Virus record (IMG/VR): IMGVR_UViG_3300020045_015493 | Coordinates: 1 to 42,277 of that record | Strand: one strand, 5' to 3' | From: a virus | Lineage: Duplodnaviria > Caudoviricetes | Length of the DNA stretch: 42,277 nucleotides | In this document: piece after piece, positions 17,097-27,322 of the stretch | Layout: every line of letters starts with the position of its first letter | Numbering within the stretch: the first letter of the stretch is position 1 | Notes under the pieces: model-generated | Told to the model about the DNA's origin: nothing | Databases searched by the model: none | The model's input: only the letters and a program-made list of their open reading frames with translations | Made by a program: the position numbers and the translations under genes

Positions 17097-20000
17097 ATAC
17101 ATAACCATAATATAATGTAGAACCATGTCTTTCATAAGTAATCATTGTAACTTTTCCATTTCTTGTATCCATGGTATTTCTATTACCCATAATTTTTTCA
17201 TTTGAATAATTAGTTCCTCCATTTAAAGTACAAGTTTTTGCAGGAGACATCTGAGTTACAAAAATTTTACCCTCAAATCCATCTGGCAAATTATTAATTG
17301 TAATAATAGTATTGTCGGTTAATGTTATATCACCTTTTGCACCTAAGTTATAATCCATTGTAGAAGTAACTGACTGAACCCTATTGACATCTGAAGTTAC
17401 AATCCCATTTGATACCACATTGCCAGTTGTAGCTTCTACTGAGAATTTTGGTTGATTAGGGGCATTCCCTACAAGCAAAGAATCTGAAATGGTTAATTTT
17501 GTAATCCCTGTAATTTGATGTACGGAATCGTATGACATACCATAGCTATAATTAAACCCATTTTTTGTGGAGTTAACATACGGGATAAGATATTCAGTTG
17601 AACCATAACTTAAATTTGGGCTTGAAATAGTAACCTTATTCGTATTAAACGTTGCAGTTGTGCCTCCTGTTCCTTCTATATTCAATGTGCCTCTCGATAA
17701 AACACTATCACGCAAAGTCCCGTTAACTTTCAAAGCCCAAGCACGGTAATAGTCATAGGGAAGGGCTGGAAAGTCGGCTGCAACGGCTGTTGTTATTTCC
17801 CCGGTCGAAGTAGTTATTTTTGCTATCCCAGTAGCGTTTAAACCCATGTAATATTTTGTGAGGATTGTTGTACTCGTATTTGGTAAAGTATATGTTTTTT
17901 CAGAAGTTACAGCACCTGTAAACTTAGTGAATCCGTTTCCTGTCCCTCCATAACTTGCCCCGATTATATTTGTACCTGATACTGTCCCTGCCGACCCGTC
18001 AAACGAAAATCCATATAAATCACGGGCTGTTGTAAGTTTTGCAGCCGTCCCTGTTGTGTTTTGATTTAATGTAGGAAAACTTGTTAGGTTTGCAGCACTT
18101 CCATTTGTATTTAGTTTCGTATCCAAGGCTGTTTTAACTGCTTTTTCAGTAGGCACGGCTAAATCGCTATTCCCTGCAAAAGAACCATCAATTGAAAATT
18201 CGTTAATAGTTGCACCAGAAGCTAATTTAACACTATCGGAAGTAAGTAAATCAGATATGATAAAAGGAACATTTGATGTTATACCGTTAGTAGAATTAAA
18301 GTCCAACATATTTATCCAACTCCCGGCACTATTCATGTAATCAAAATAGTAATGTGCAGCCGAAACCCTGTCCCTGTATTGTTGCCCGTTAAATCCAGTC
18401 CCCCAGTCCGTATCTTTCATTGTCCGGGTAGGTTCGGCATCAAACATCGCTATTCCACCATTTACTTGTAATTTTTCAGCACCTAAATCCGTTATTGTCC
18501 CTATCCTTACTTCGTCTGTTATCGTAGTTGGATATACATACCCACTTGCACTTGTCCAACCGCCTGTATTTTCCCAAAGTTCAGAAAGAGTTTTGGTTAA
18601 ATAGGCATCTTTAAATTGAAGACTTGACCCACTCAGTAAAATTGATGTTGAATTATTCTTAATTTGATAACCCATACAGTTTACAATCCCCGATCCATAA
18701 AGCGTAAATAATGCACTTGTATTGTTATAGTTTCTGATATAAATTGCATCCCCACCCGTTGAATTTCCAGCCTCCATATATATCCCCATTCCGCTTGAAT
18801 GCTTATTGGAAATCTTGACTGCATATTCACTTGCCATACTATCTTTAACAGTAAATTTATTGGTTGGGCTTATCCCTATACCGAATTTATCTGTTAAAGT
18901 AGTCGGATATAAAATTCCATCCGCTTTTGTAAAATAATTGACCGATGGTTGTGACCAAATGGATACGAATGATTTAACATTTGTTGCTAAATTCACACTA
19001 TCAATTTTTGCTGCATTCAATATTTGCCCCCCTGATTTTGTCAGGTAATTTTCACCAGTTACTGTTACAGAATCGTGTTGTATTGGTAATTCTATAAAAC
19101 CTCCACCATCACTTAATTTGATCGTATCATCCACTATTGAAATAAATTGTATTTCGTTTGTTGAATCATTATCTAAGTTAACTGGCAGGATTGCATATCC
19201 ACCATTCGGATTTAAAAATAGTGTGTCCCCATTAATTAAAATAGTTTGTATTTCCCCTGTCCCCCCAGCCGGATAAATGTGCATCGTATCAGATACAAAG
19301 TATTGCAGCCACCCAGTCCCTTTGCCTAACTCCAAATCAAATCCGTCAATCCTGTTTACAAAGTTTGAAATCTTATTGTTTGCCCTTACTGTTTTACCAT
19401 CTACTGTTTCATCGTTCCACGCTTGAATCAAAGGGAAGTAATTTAAGTTCCTTAAACTTTCCGGGTATTCTACTGATATTGAAGTTGAATTAACTGGAAT
19501 AACACCTGAATAAAGGTGCATCGTATCCGTATTAACCACTATGTTGACAAGCGTATCAGAGGCAATGTATTTTATAAACCCTTCCGCTTTGCCAAGTTCC
19601 AGATCAAATCCGCCTATCCTTTTTACGAAATTTGATATCTTGTTCCCGTATTGTATTTCTTTGCCGTCTATGCTATCAATAGTATAAGCCCAAACAAAAG
19701 GGGAATAATTGATATCAACCATCGAATCAGGGTAATTAACCGACATAGATAATCCTGTAACCGGGATAACATCGGTGTAAAAATGCCCTGTTGAAGCTGA
19801 ATCAGTAGGAATCGAACCGCCAACCCCAACATAAAAAGAATCCACGAACACCCCGCCTTTATAAGTTGAAATATAACCATCTGTATCAACGTTTCCTATT
19901 GAATCAATGTTTCCAGACATTTGCCTCCAAAACAATTCATTGTCTGCTGCTAAAATTTTAAACCATGATAAATTATCAACCGATGTTATATCAACACCCC

Positions 20001-20340
20001 CGATATAGTTAGCTTCACCATTACCAACCGATTGGTAAACCCGCCCGATTTGGTCTGTTTGAGGTTCTTTTCCTGTTGAAAATTCGTCCCTTACTGTTAT
20101 CGTAGTTGAAGTTGAATCTATGATTTTATACCTATTCCCCGCAAAGTCAACAAAATAATTCCCGATTGTCTTATTTATTGCACCGGGATCATTTAGGTCT
20201 ATGGGTTCTGCTTCAAATTGAAAAGTGTCAACCCCAACCATAACAACGTTTCGGACGTATGTTTTCCAGTCGGTAACCCTATACTGAGCGGATAAATTGA
20301 GGGCAAAAAATACCAGTAATATAGTTAATAGTCTTTTCAT
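17086..20340 (-). CDS. Large signal-peptide tail-fibre-like protein
   Basis: MKRLLTILLVFFALNLSA|Q; G/S/T-rich; internal duplicated ~80-aa domain; TAAKLTTARDLYGFSFDGS fibre-type motif; downstream of tail genes. Confidence 0.7.
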   Translation of the reverse strand: MKRLLTILLVFFALNLSAQYRVTDWKTYVRNVVMVGVDTFQFEAEPIDLNDPGAINKTIGNYFVDFAGNRYKIIDSTSTTITVRDEFSTGKEPQTDQIGRVYQSVGNGEANYIGGVDITSVDNLSWFKILAADNELFWRQMSGNIDSIGNVDTDGYISTYKGGVFVDSFYVGVGGSIPTDSASTGHFYTDVIPVTGLSMSVNYPDSMVDINYSPFVWAYTIDSIDGKEIQYGNKISNFVKRIGGFDLELGKAEGFIKYIASDTLVNIVVNTDTMHLYSGVIPVNSTSISVEYPESLRNLNYFPLIQAWNDETVDGKTVRANNKISNFVNRIDGFDLELGKGTGWLQYFVSDTMHIYPAGGTGEIQTILINGDTLFLNPNGGYAILPVNLDNDSTNEIQFISIVDDTIKLSDGGGFIELPIQHDSVTVTGENYLTKSGGQILNAAKIDSVNLATNVKSFVSIWSQPSVNYFTKADGILYPTTLTDKFGIGISPTNKFTVKDSMASEYAVKISNKHSSGMGIYMEAGNSTGGDAIYIRNYNNTSALFTLYGSGIVNCMGYQIKNNSTSILLSGSSLQFKDAYLTKTLSELWENTGGWTSASGYVYPTTITDEVRIGTITDLGAEKLQVNGGIAMFDAEPTRTMKDTDWGTGFNGQQYRDRVSAAHYYFDYMNSAGSWINMLDFNSTNGITSNVPFIISDLLTSDSVKLASGATINEFSIDGSFAGNSDLAVPTEKAVKTALDTKLNTNGSAANLTSFPTLNQNTTGTAAKLTTARDLYGFSFDGSAGTVSGTNIIGASYGGTGNGFTKFTGAVTSEKTYTLPNTSTTILTKYYMGLNATGIAKITTSTGEITTAVAADFPALPYDYYRAWALKVNGTLRDSVLSRGTLNIEGTGGTTATFNTNKVTISSPNLSYGSTEYLIPYVNSTKNGFNYSYGMSYDSVHQITGITKLTISDSLLVGNAPNQPKFSVEATTGNVVSNGIVTSDVNRVQSVTSTMDYNLGAKGDITLTDNTIITINNLPDGFEGKIFVTQMSPAKTCTLNGGTNYSNEKIMGNRNTMDTRNGKVTMITYERHGSTLYYGYVYEN

Positions 20341-21152
20341 GGAGCGAATACGATATAAATTTTAATTGTCTTTGTAACTGTTGCCAAAGACTGTATTCTT
20401 AAAGTATTCACATCTGGCGTAAATATCCCACTATATGCCGGGAGGTCTTTAAGTTGTTGTTCCTCTGTTCCGTTAACCGCAAACACCGTTACACTTGCAA
20501 CCCTTCGATTAAGGTTATGAGTTACAACTAAATCAATCGGACTAACACCAGCCGCTAATGTCCATGTTGAATCCCAGTCAACCCCGGAAGTCCCGGCGGC
20601 TATCCTTGCGGCTACGCTTGCCGCCGAAGGTAAACTAATTGAATAAATATCTTGTGCCATTGCTGTTATAAATTTATCGTAAATTGCATTCCTTGTTGCC
20701 ACATCTTGACTACCGTTCCACGTACTTGAAAAAGCAGAATCCTTTAAAGCCCCGCCATCCAATAGTTTTGAATTTTCAACTGTCGAATCACTATCGGTAT
20801 CATAAACTGATTTTAAAAGGAATCCAGACGGGTTAAATTCTAAATCCTGATCCGTTAAACTAAACCCATTTGCTGCTGCTGCGCTGTCGAGGGTTAAAAT
20901 TGTATGACCCCCGGCTGCATGGTCAACGAAATATCTAAAATTAACTCCGTCCAAACTATCAACCGGGTCTGCCATATTCATATATCTGTAAGCAGTTGAA
21001 TCAGAATTAACTATCATAAGAGTATCTACTGAACTATTTGTATTGAGGCTATAAATAAAACCGACCAGTTTCATTTTGTTGACTGAAATATTATTCTGAG
21101 AAAAAGCCCCTATCGAAAGGATTAAAAAAACAAATACTATTAAATTTTTCAT
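20337..21152 (-). CDS. Signal-peptide fibre-associated protein
   Basis: MKNLIVFVFLILSIGAFS|Q; C-terminal VTHNLNR motif; tail-module position. Confidence 0.65.
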   Translation of the reverse strand: MKNLIVFVFLILSIGAFSQNNISVNKMKLVGFIYSLNTNSSVDTLMIVNSDSTAYRYMNMADPVDSLDGVNFRYFVDHAAGGHTILTLDSAAAANGFSLTDQDLEFNPSGFLLKSVYDTDSDSTVENSKLLDGGALKDSAFSSTWNGSQDVATRNAIYDKFITAMAQDIYSISLPSAASVAARIAAGTSGVDWDSTWTLAAGVSPIDLVVTHNLNRRVASVTVFAVNGTEEQQLKDLPAYSGIFTPDVNTLRIQSLATVTKTIKIYIVFAP

Positions 21153-22327
21153 ATTGTTGGAATTAATGATATAAATTGTATTGAAATGTCTAAGATTTCC
21201 CCAGCCCCATAAATACTAAAATAAATATTACTTGCAACGTCTTGATTTTTCAAACTATGCAATGGAAATGAAGCTGGTACAGAAGTTGATGAATACATTG
21301 AAAGTGGCAAGTTACCCATTTCTTCATCAATTAAATCATTCCCTCCTGGTGTTGTTCCACATATCACTATTGCATCTCCGGCACTTGTTGCGGCGTGTTT
21401 TATTAAAATTATGTGGACAAAATATCCTAATTTATTTGCAACTGCCCACCCAGAACCATTGACTGCCGTGTTGCGTTTATTGTCAAATGCCATATTATCA
21501 TTTATTTGTGTTGATTCAGAACCCAAGTCATCTACGTTCAGCCCTACTATGTTTTTCGCAGTCAAATCTAAGGATAGTTGAACAGAAGTACTACTCCCGG
21601 CGATTTCTTCGCTAAATCCTTTCTGAATAAATTGGATTCCATTGACTGCAAAATAAGTCAAACTGCTAACCACAATTATTTTAAGCGAAAAAAGAGGCGG
21701 AATAATTCCTGTCTCGAAAGTATTTCCGAAAAAAGTATTTGACGAAACAATCGTATCGCTTTGTGCGCCTTCGATAACTTCGTTTGAATTAGTATTTTTT
21801 GGCTTCCGCAAAACGCTTTCGACATAAAAAAACATCGAATAATCATTGGCCCAATCGTTAAAGCAGCCATTCAGATCGCTGGTGAAACTATTCACCCCGG
21901 AATATTCAAATTTTAAAATTCTCCCGTTTGCCAAATCCTCTGTTAAATCTTCGCAAAAAATAGGTTCGCTGGTTAATTCAATCGCGCCCTGTGTAGCTAT
22001 AAGTTGAATTTTCTTATCATAGTAAGAACTTCCGAGCGTGACCTCGAAATTATAAAAATACCTTAATGTGTCAGTCCCGTAGCTTGTAGTTAACACTGGA
22101 GCAAGCGCTTCATTCAACAAAGGCGTGTAGGATTTTAAACTTGGAGCAGTAGCGGAATCGCTTTCAAATTGCAACTTAATAACATCCGCCTTGTTAAATC
22201 TCTGGCAATATGGGATGACTTTGAACCCGCCTTTCTTGTAATCTGCATGTAGCGTATTCATTGCATTTGGAAGTCCTCCATCCAAATTCAAAAACGGGAT
22301 ACTATTTGCAAGCGACGAACTAAACAT
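21149..22327 (-). CDS. Putative tail or baseplate protein
   Basis: 392 aa, second gene after the tape measure; called by position only. Confidence 0.55.
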   Translation of the reverse strand: MFSSSLANSIPFLNLDGGLPNAMNTLHADYKKGGFKVIPYCQRFNKADVIKLQFESDSATAPSLKSYTPLLNEALAPVLTTSYGTDTLRYFYNFEVTLGSSYYDKKIQLIATQGAIELTSEPIFCEDLTEDLANGRILKFEYSGVNSFTSDLNGCFNDWANDYSMFFYVESVLRKPKNTNSNEVIEGAQSDTIVSSNTFFGNTFETGIIPPLFSLKIIVVSSLTYFAVNGIQFIQKGFSEEIAGSSTSVQLSLDLTAKNIVGLNVDDLGSESTQINDNMAFDNKRNTAVNGSGWAVANKLGYFVHIILIKHAATSAGDAIVICGTTPGGNDLIDEEMGNLPLSMYSSTSVPASFPLHSLKNQDVASNIYFSIYGAGEILDISIQFISLIPTI

Positions 22328-24518
22328 ATTTCTTCAATATTGAGATCGTTATTTTTTTACCCTTAAGTTCAATTTTGCCATTCAACCAGTAACCAAAAAT
22401 TTCATCTGTAAATTTAACAATTCCGCACAATTTTGGCTTCCCATTTGGTAAATTTTCAAATAGCGAATTTAACTCTTCTTTCGTTATATCGCATGTGACG
22501 GTTGCCTTTTCTGGCAAGTATATCGGATCGTCAAGATAACTCGCGGCAATGTCTTGATTTTCTTTAATTACGTGTCCGTCGCCACTCGTTTCAAGTGTCT
22601 GCAATTTGTCGGAAGATTGGAATCTGACTACCGATGTTAGGAATTTTGTCAATGATGTTTTTATCCTGGAGCCATTCCTCAACATATTCCGAAGCCCGGT
22701 AATGATTAGGTTATAGGCATTTTCGACATTCGTGTTCGCGCTTCCATTTAGGATTTCAATATTTTCGTTGGTTTCCGGCTTCCATCCTCCCGGATAGTGC
22801 TGAGTTTTTAGGATGAATATGTCATTGTCGCCGTCCACATCGGTTGTCCCGTTTTCTTCTAAATGATTATTGAAAGATAATTTAATCCCTTCCGGATCAG
22901 CCCTTAATTCGCATTTGATATTTAATTCAGTATCGGTATTGACTATTGTAGTCCTGTCTTGCTCGTTTATGTACGAATTTCGCCCCTCCGCCTCATCGTG
23001 TTTTATTGCATTAAACCCTGTTTTTATTTTTGAATAAGCCAATTCCGGCATTGCCTCGGTTTCGATGTCATACCATTTTACCCGGTCGGACAAATCGAGT
23101 ACTACCGTGTCGTCGAAAAACCAAGAAAATTGTTCAATCCGGACACGATCAAACCCTTCAATGTTTTGAATAATATATCCTAAATTCAGGATAGCCGAGG
23201 CAGCGTTATAAAGTTTGTCAAAATTTACCGCCATCGGTATATTTTCATCTGAAATTTTACCACCCCTGAAATTCAGCCCGGAGCCGATACTGAAATAAAC
23301 AAGCTGCTCGTTTTCTTTATTCGCGTAAACGTCGCCACTTAAATTTTTGGAAATCTTTGCATCGGCTGTATTGTAGCTCAAATAATCCGACCAAAAAGGA
23401 AACTGATAATCTAAATTATGCTGCAAAACACGCTCGAAAGCATTGAATAACGGATATAATTCGAGCCATCTGGAAGCAACATTTAATTCGATTGCATGGA
23501 CTTTTATGTAGGCGTGTGTTAAAAAAGCAGATATATCCGGCTCGTCCGCCACCCTCACGGCGAGAACCAAATTATTTCCAATTGCTCCAAAAGTCAAATC
23601 AACAGACCCTTTATAGGTGTGGACTTCTTTTGTCGAACCGAAAACTCCGCCACTTAACGAAAATTCCTGTATAAAATTATTGTCAGAATCGGTTTCGATT
23701 AAAAGAATCTCCCATGGCCGATCGTTATCTTTATTCCTTACATCAATTGAAATGTCATAGGCGACATTGCAATAATATGCCTTAACTGCGTTTTTGAAAA
23801 ATGGGTCTATTGCCGAAACATTTTCAATCTGGACTACATAACTCACTTTTTGGGTTTCCGAAAAATCAGAAAACAGCAAAGATAAAGGCAATTGAACATA
23901 GCTAATAACGCCTGGTTTTCTCTGTAATATCCAACTGCCAGTACTTTCAAGGGCACCATTGAGATTATAGGCTGAATTATGAAAATAGTGTTCCTTCATT
24001 AATGGGTATAAAAGCCCGTTAAATTCGGTCGGGTAATCCACAATTTGATAGCCTCCAATTGAAATAGTCTTGGTTATATCGACATCCGTTTTCTTTCGAT
24101 TGTCAAGTTTTACTTTTGTTTCGTTGTTGATTGCCTCGACTTCAATTCCAATCGAAAACCGACCAACTTTTACGCGGGGTTTGCATGCAAAATTGATATT
24201 TAAAGCACTTGGAAATTCAACATAAGCCTGAGTTGAGAACCGATACCAGTAGATATGCAGATCACATCTGCCATTAAAACCATCTTTATCCCAAATATCC
24301 CTTAGAAATTTTGCTCCATTTCCAACAAACCTTAATGATCCAACCGTAAACTTAGAAAACACGCCTCCGATTTCGACTTTTCGGTCGATTTCCCAAGTCC
24401 CATTTTCCCAACCAATCGGCTCGACATTGCACTCGCATTGCGAACTATCCTCTAAATTAATCAGGACAAATTTGTATGGCTTAGGGCTATTTGATTTTAT
24501 GTTGTTGGGAAATGTCAT
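22320..24518 (-). CDS. Putative tail-tip or hub protein
   Basis: 732 aa immediately after the tape measure. Confidence 0.6.
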   Translation of the reverse strand: MTFPNNIKSNSPKPYKFVLINLEDSSQCECNVEPIGWENGTWEIDRKVEIGGVFSKFTVGSLRFVGNGAKFLRDIWDKDGFNGRCDLHIYWYRFSTQAYVEFPSALNINFACKPRVKVGRFSIGIEVEAINNETKVKLDNRKKTDVDITKTISIGGYQIVDYPTEFNGLLYPLMKEHYFHNSAYNLNGALESTGSWILQRKPGVISYVQLPLSLLFSDFSETQKVSYVVQIENVSAIDPFFKNAVKAYYCNVAYDISIDVRNKDNDRPWEILLIETDSDNNFIQEFSLSGGVFGSTKEVHTYKGSVDLTFGAIGNNLVLAVRVADEPDISAFLTHAYIKVHAIELNVASRWLELYPLFNAFERVLQHNLDYQFPFWSDYLSYNTADAKISKNLSGDVYANKENEQLVYFSIGSGLNFRGGKISDENIPMAVNFDKLYNAASAILNLGYIIQNIEGFDRVRIEQFSWFFDDTVVLDLSDRVKWYDIETEAMPELAYSKIKTGFNAIKHDEAEGRNSYINEQDRTTIVNTDTELNIKCELRADPEGIKLSFNNHLEENGTTDVDGDNDIFILKTQHYPGGWKPETNENIEILNGSANTNVENAYNLIITGLRNMLRNGSRIKTSLTKFLTSVVRFQSSDKLQTLETSGDGHVIKENQDIAASYLDDPIYLPEKATVTCDITKEELNSLFENLPNGKPKLCGIVKFTDEIFGYWLNGKIELKGKKITISILKKYV

Positions 24519-27322
24519 CTTCCGTATTTTAGCCTGTTTAGGTAAATATTTCTCTGAGTTGGGGTTTGGTCGCCGATAACCCGGTATTCGTTATCGAGAA
24601 TCCATTCCTTTTTATTCTTGATTGCCTTCTCGACACTATCCAGTTTTTTAAGAAGTTTTGAATCCGAAAATGAAACAGCCCCAAATCCTTTATGTTCTGT
24701 TGATGACATAATTTTTTCTGTTTCCGGGTTTGAAAATACAGTTGCACCTTTAAATTTATTCCCGGAAAATAAAGTGGCTTTGTTTGCCATTAATACTTCA
24801 CCTGTTTTTAAGGTAACCAATTCCCGCCCGGCTTCACCTGCTATAAACTCTTTCGGTGCATTCTTTGAGCCTTTAGCTAATGCAACAGGTAAAGGAGTTG
24901 CTAATACAGTAGCTGCCTGTATTGCACCCAAAACACCTGCCATAATTGCAAGGGCTACATTCGGTAACGCTTGTACAATGGCAGAGGCTGTATTAATTGC
25001 AATTTCAAACAAGGCTTGCATTTTTTGTTGTTTTGCTTGTTTTAATTCAAGTTTTGATTTCTGTTTTGCATATTCTTGATCTGAAATTAAACCTTTTTTA
25101 TTTTTATCTTCAAGGGCTGTTAATTCACCCTGGGTTTTATTTATTGAAAATGCAAATAATGCCGAACCAATACTTTTGACAGCATCCATGTACTCTAATA
25201 TTTTTTTCTTTTTTTCTTCGGCTGTTTTTGTATCGTCTTCCATCTCAGCAAGAGCCGCTTCATGTTTTAAGTCTTTTATTTTTTCAATCCAGTAAATTTC
25301 TTCCTCGCTTGTAAGGTCAAGGAATTGCAGCATATCTTGGGCGTTCTGGATTTCCTCGTCAATTGTCTTTTGATTTAGAACATGGATTTTCTCCCGCTTG
25401 TCAGTTTCATTTTTTGCCGTTGCCTCAATAATCGCAACTTCCATTTCATATTGGCGTTGCTTGTCGGCAATTGCGGCTTCAATATAAAGTTGGTCAATTT
25501 TAGCCTGTTCCTTTGCTGTTTCTTCTGCTTTTTTCTTTTTTTCGTCCTCTATGTTTTTCCAAGCCTCAAGTTGTTTTTTCCATAAATCCAAACCTTTTTT
25601 CTGGATAGCTTCACTTTCTTTTAATTTTAGGTTGTCAATATCAGTTTGAATTTTTAGGGTTTCATCTTCATTGCCTTTATAGATTTCAAGTTTCCGGGTT
25701 AAAAATGCCAGTTGCTTTTTTGTGTCTTCCGAAAAATATTTTTCGTCAATGCCTATTTTTGCTGTTTGAGTTTTAGTAACCTCATTCAATTCCTTTTGGC
25801 TTAAATTTTCAGCATCTTTAATTTTCCTTTCCTGTGATTCTTTTAAACTTGCTTCCTCATCACGCCTTAAGTCAACTTTAAACGTAAAAAGCGATGTTTG
25901 AAGACGTCTTGTTTCTGTAACCAAAGACGTTTCATTGTCAACATCTCCAGCCCTTAATTTTTGTAATTTTTGAAAATCTTTTTCATTTTTATTATAGAAA
26001 TTAGCAAACTGTTTATTTTTTTCAAGTTCTGATTGTAACTGCAAATCGTCAATTTTTAACCACTCTTCAAGTAACTCTTGTTTTGATTTAACTGTTAAAT
26101 TATCGCCTTCAATTAATGAAGCAAGGTTATTTTTTTCAGCCTCTGTTTTTTGTTTTGAAAATCCAACTTCTAATTCACTTAACTCTTTGGATTTTTTCAT
26201 TGCTAATTCTGCCAACCTTATTTGTTCGGTTGAACCTAAATTCCTATTTTTTGAAGCAACTGTTAATTCTTCTATTTCTTTCCTTAATTTTGCTGCTCTG
26301 GTTAGTGATGCTGATTCCCTATCTTCTATTGCATCTAATACCTGAGCGTATTCCCATCCAGCCCTGGCAGCATCGCCAATTGCTTTTCCAATTCCACCAA
26401 AAGCATCAACGGCATTTTCTTTCATTCCCTTAAAATCAAGGGTTATAATATCGAATAAAAGTTTTCCAAATGAAACAAGCCGGTCAACTAAAACATCAAT
26501 AATATTTCCAAGTGCTTTCATTACACCTGCAAAGGCTGTCGCCCCTTCGTCTGTAGATTTGAATACTTTTACTAACCCAACAATAGCACCGATTATTGCA
26601 GCAATAGCCAATAAAATTGGATTCATTAATATAGCCTTTGCCATTGCTTTTCCGATCCCTATTATTCCTGTCGCTAATTGTTTGGATGAAATTTCACCGT
26701 TTTTAAACTGAGTAATTAAATTAGAAAATGCGCTTCCGTAATTTCCAATATTTATTTTTTGCGCTGAAAGTGCGCTTGAATTTTCTTTAATCTTAACATT
26801 ATTTTTGTCAATAGCAGACCTTAATAAATCTGCTTTTTTTCTACCCTCTTCAGTGGTTAAATTAACAGCCTTTAACCGTTTTTCAAGTATGGAATTAACC
26901 GCAGAAAGTTGATCAATACTTCCCTTTTCCGCTTGTTGTGCTTTAATTTTTAGTTTTATTTCGGCTGCGGATTTTTGATATTCTTGTTGACTTTTTACTA
27001 ATGTTTTATTTGCCTCAGAATTTACAGTCAATAATTTGGCTTCGGTTTGTGTTAATTGTTTTTGTTGAGTTTCCAGATCCTTTGCCGTCGCTGTTAATTT
27101 GTTTTGGTCATCGGCTGCTTTGTTCAGAAGTTTAGCATACTCATTTGTCTTTTTATTTGTGTTATCAGTTGAAGCGGCCGCCTCGTCAATCAGTTTTTTA
27201 TATTGCGATTGTTTTTCAAGAAATTTTATCAATGAAGCAGTCGATTCATTAAGATTTGTATTTAAGTTCTTAATAAATTCGACCTCTTTCGGGTCAACTA
27301 TTCCTTGAATATCGTATGCCAT
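24515..27322 (-). CDS. Tail tape measure protein
   Basis: 935 aa helical/coiled coil; NIGNYGSA motif; hydrophobic Ala/Ile segments; C-terminal AGEAGRELV. Confidence 0.85.
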   Translation of the reverse strand: MAYDIQGIVDPKEVEFIKNLNTNLNESTASLIKFLEKQSQYKKLIDEAAASTDNTNKKTNEYAKLLNKAADDQNKLTATAKDLETQQKQLTQTEAKLLTVNSEANKTLVKSQQEYQKSAAEIKLKIKAQQAEKGSIDQLSAVNSILEKRLKAVNLTTEEGRKKADLLRSAIDKNNVKIKENSSALSAQKINIGNYGSAFSNLITQFKNGEISSKQLATGIIGIGKAMAKAILMNPILLAIAAIIGAIVGLVKVFKSTDEGATAFAGVMKALGNIIDVLVDRLVSFGKLLFDIITLDFKGMKENAVDAFGGIGKAIGDAARAGWEYAQVLDAIEDRESASLTRAAKLRKEIEELTVASKNRNLGSTEQIRLAELAMKKSKELSELEVGFSKQKTEAEKNNLASLIEGDNLTVKSKQELLEEWLKIDDLQLQSELEKNKQFANFYNKNEKDFQKLQKLRAGDVDNETSLVTETRRLQTSLFTFKVDLRRDEEASLKESQERKIKDAENLSQKELNEVTKTQTAKIGIDEKYFSEDTKKQLAFLTRKLEIYKGNEDETLKIQTDIDNLKLKESEAIQKKGLDLWKKQLEAWKNIEDEKKKKAEETAKEQAKIDQLYIEAAIADKQRQYEMEVAIIEATAKNETDKREKIHVLNQKTIDEEIQNAQDMLQFLDLTSEEEIYWIEKIKDLKHEAALAEMEDDTKTAEEKKKKILEYMDAVKSIGSALFAFSINKTQGELTALEDKNKKGLISDQEYAKQKSKLELKQAKQQKMQALFEIAINTASAIVQALPNVALAIMAGVLGAIQAATVLATPLPVALAKGSKNAPKEFIAGEAGRELVTLKTGEVLMANKATLFSGNKFKGATVFSNPETEKIMSSTEHKGFGAVSFSDSKLLKKLDSVEKAIKNKKEWILDNEYRVIGDQTPTQRNIYLNRLKYGR

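Noticed and set aside
24618-25079. Antisense ORFs in the track (e.g. 24618-25079, 14723-15133, 32476-32910, 6060-6386, 7167-7490)
   Set aside because: Shadow frames of well-supported genes on the opposite strand, with no motifs.
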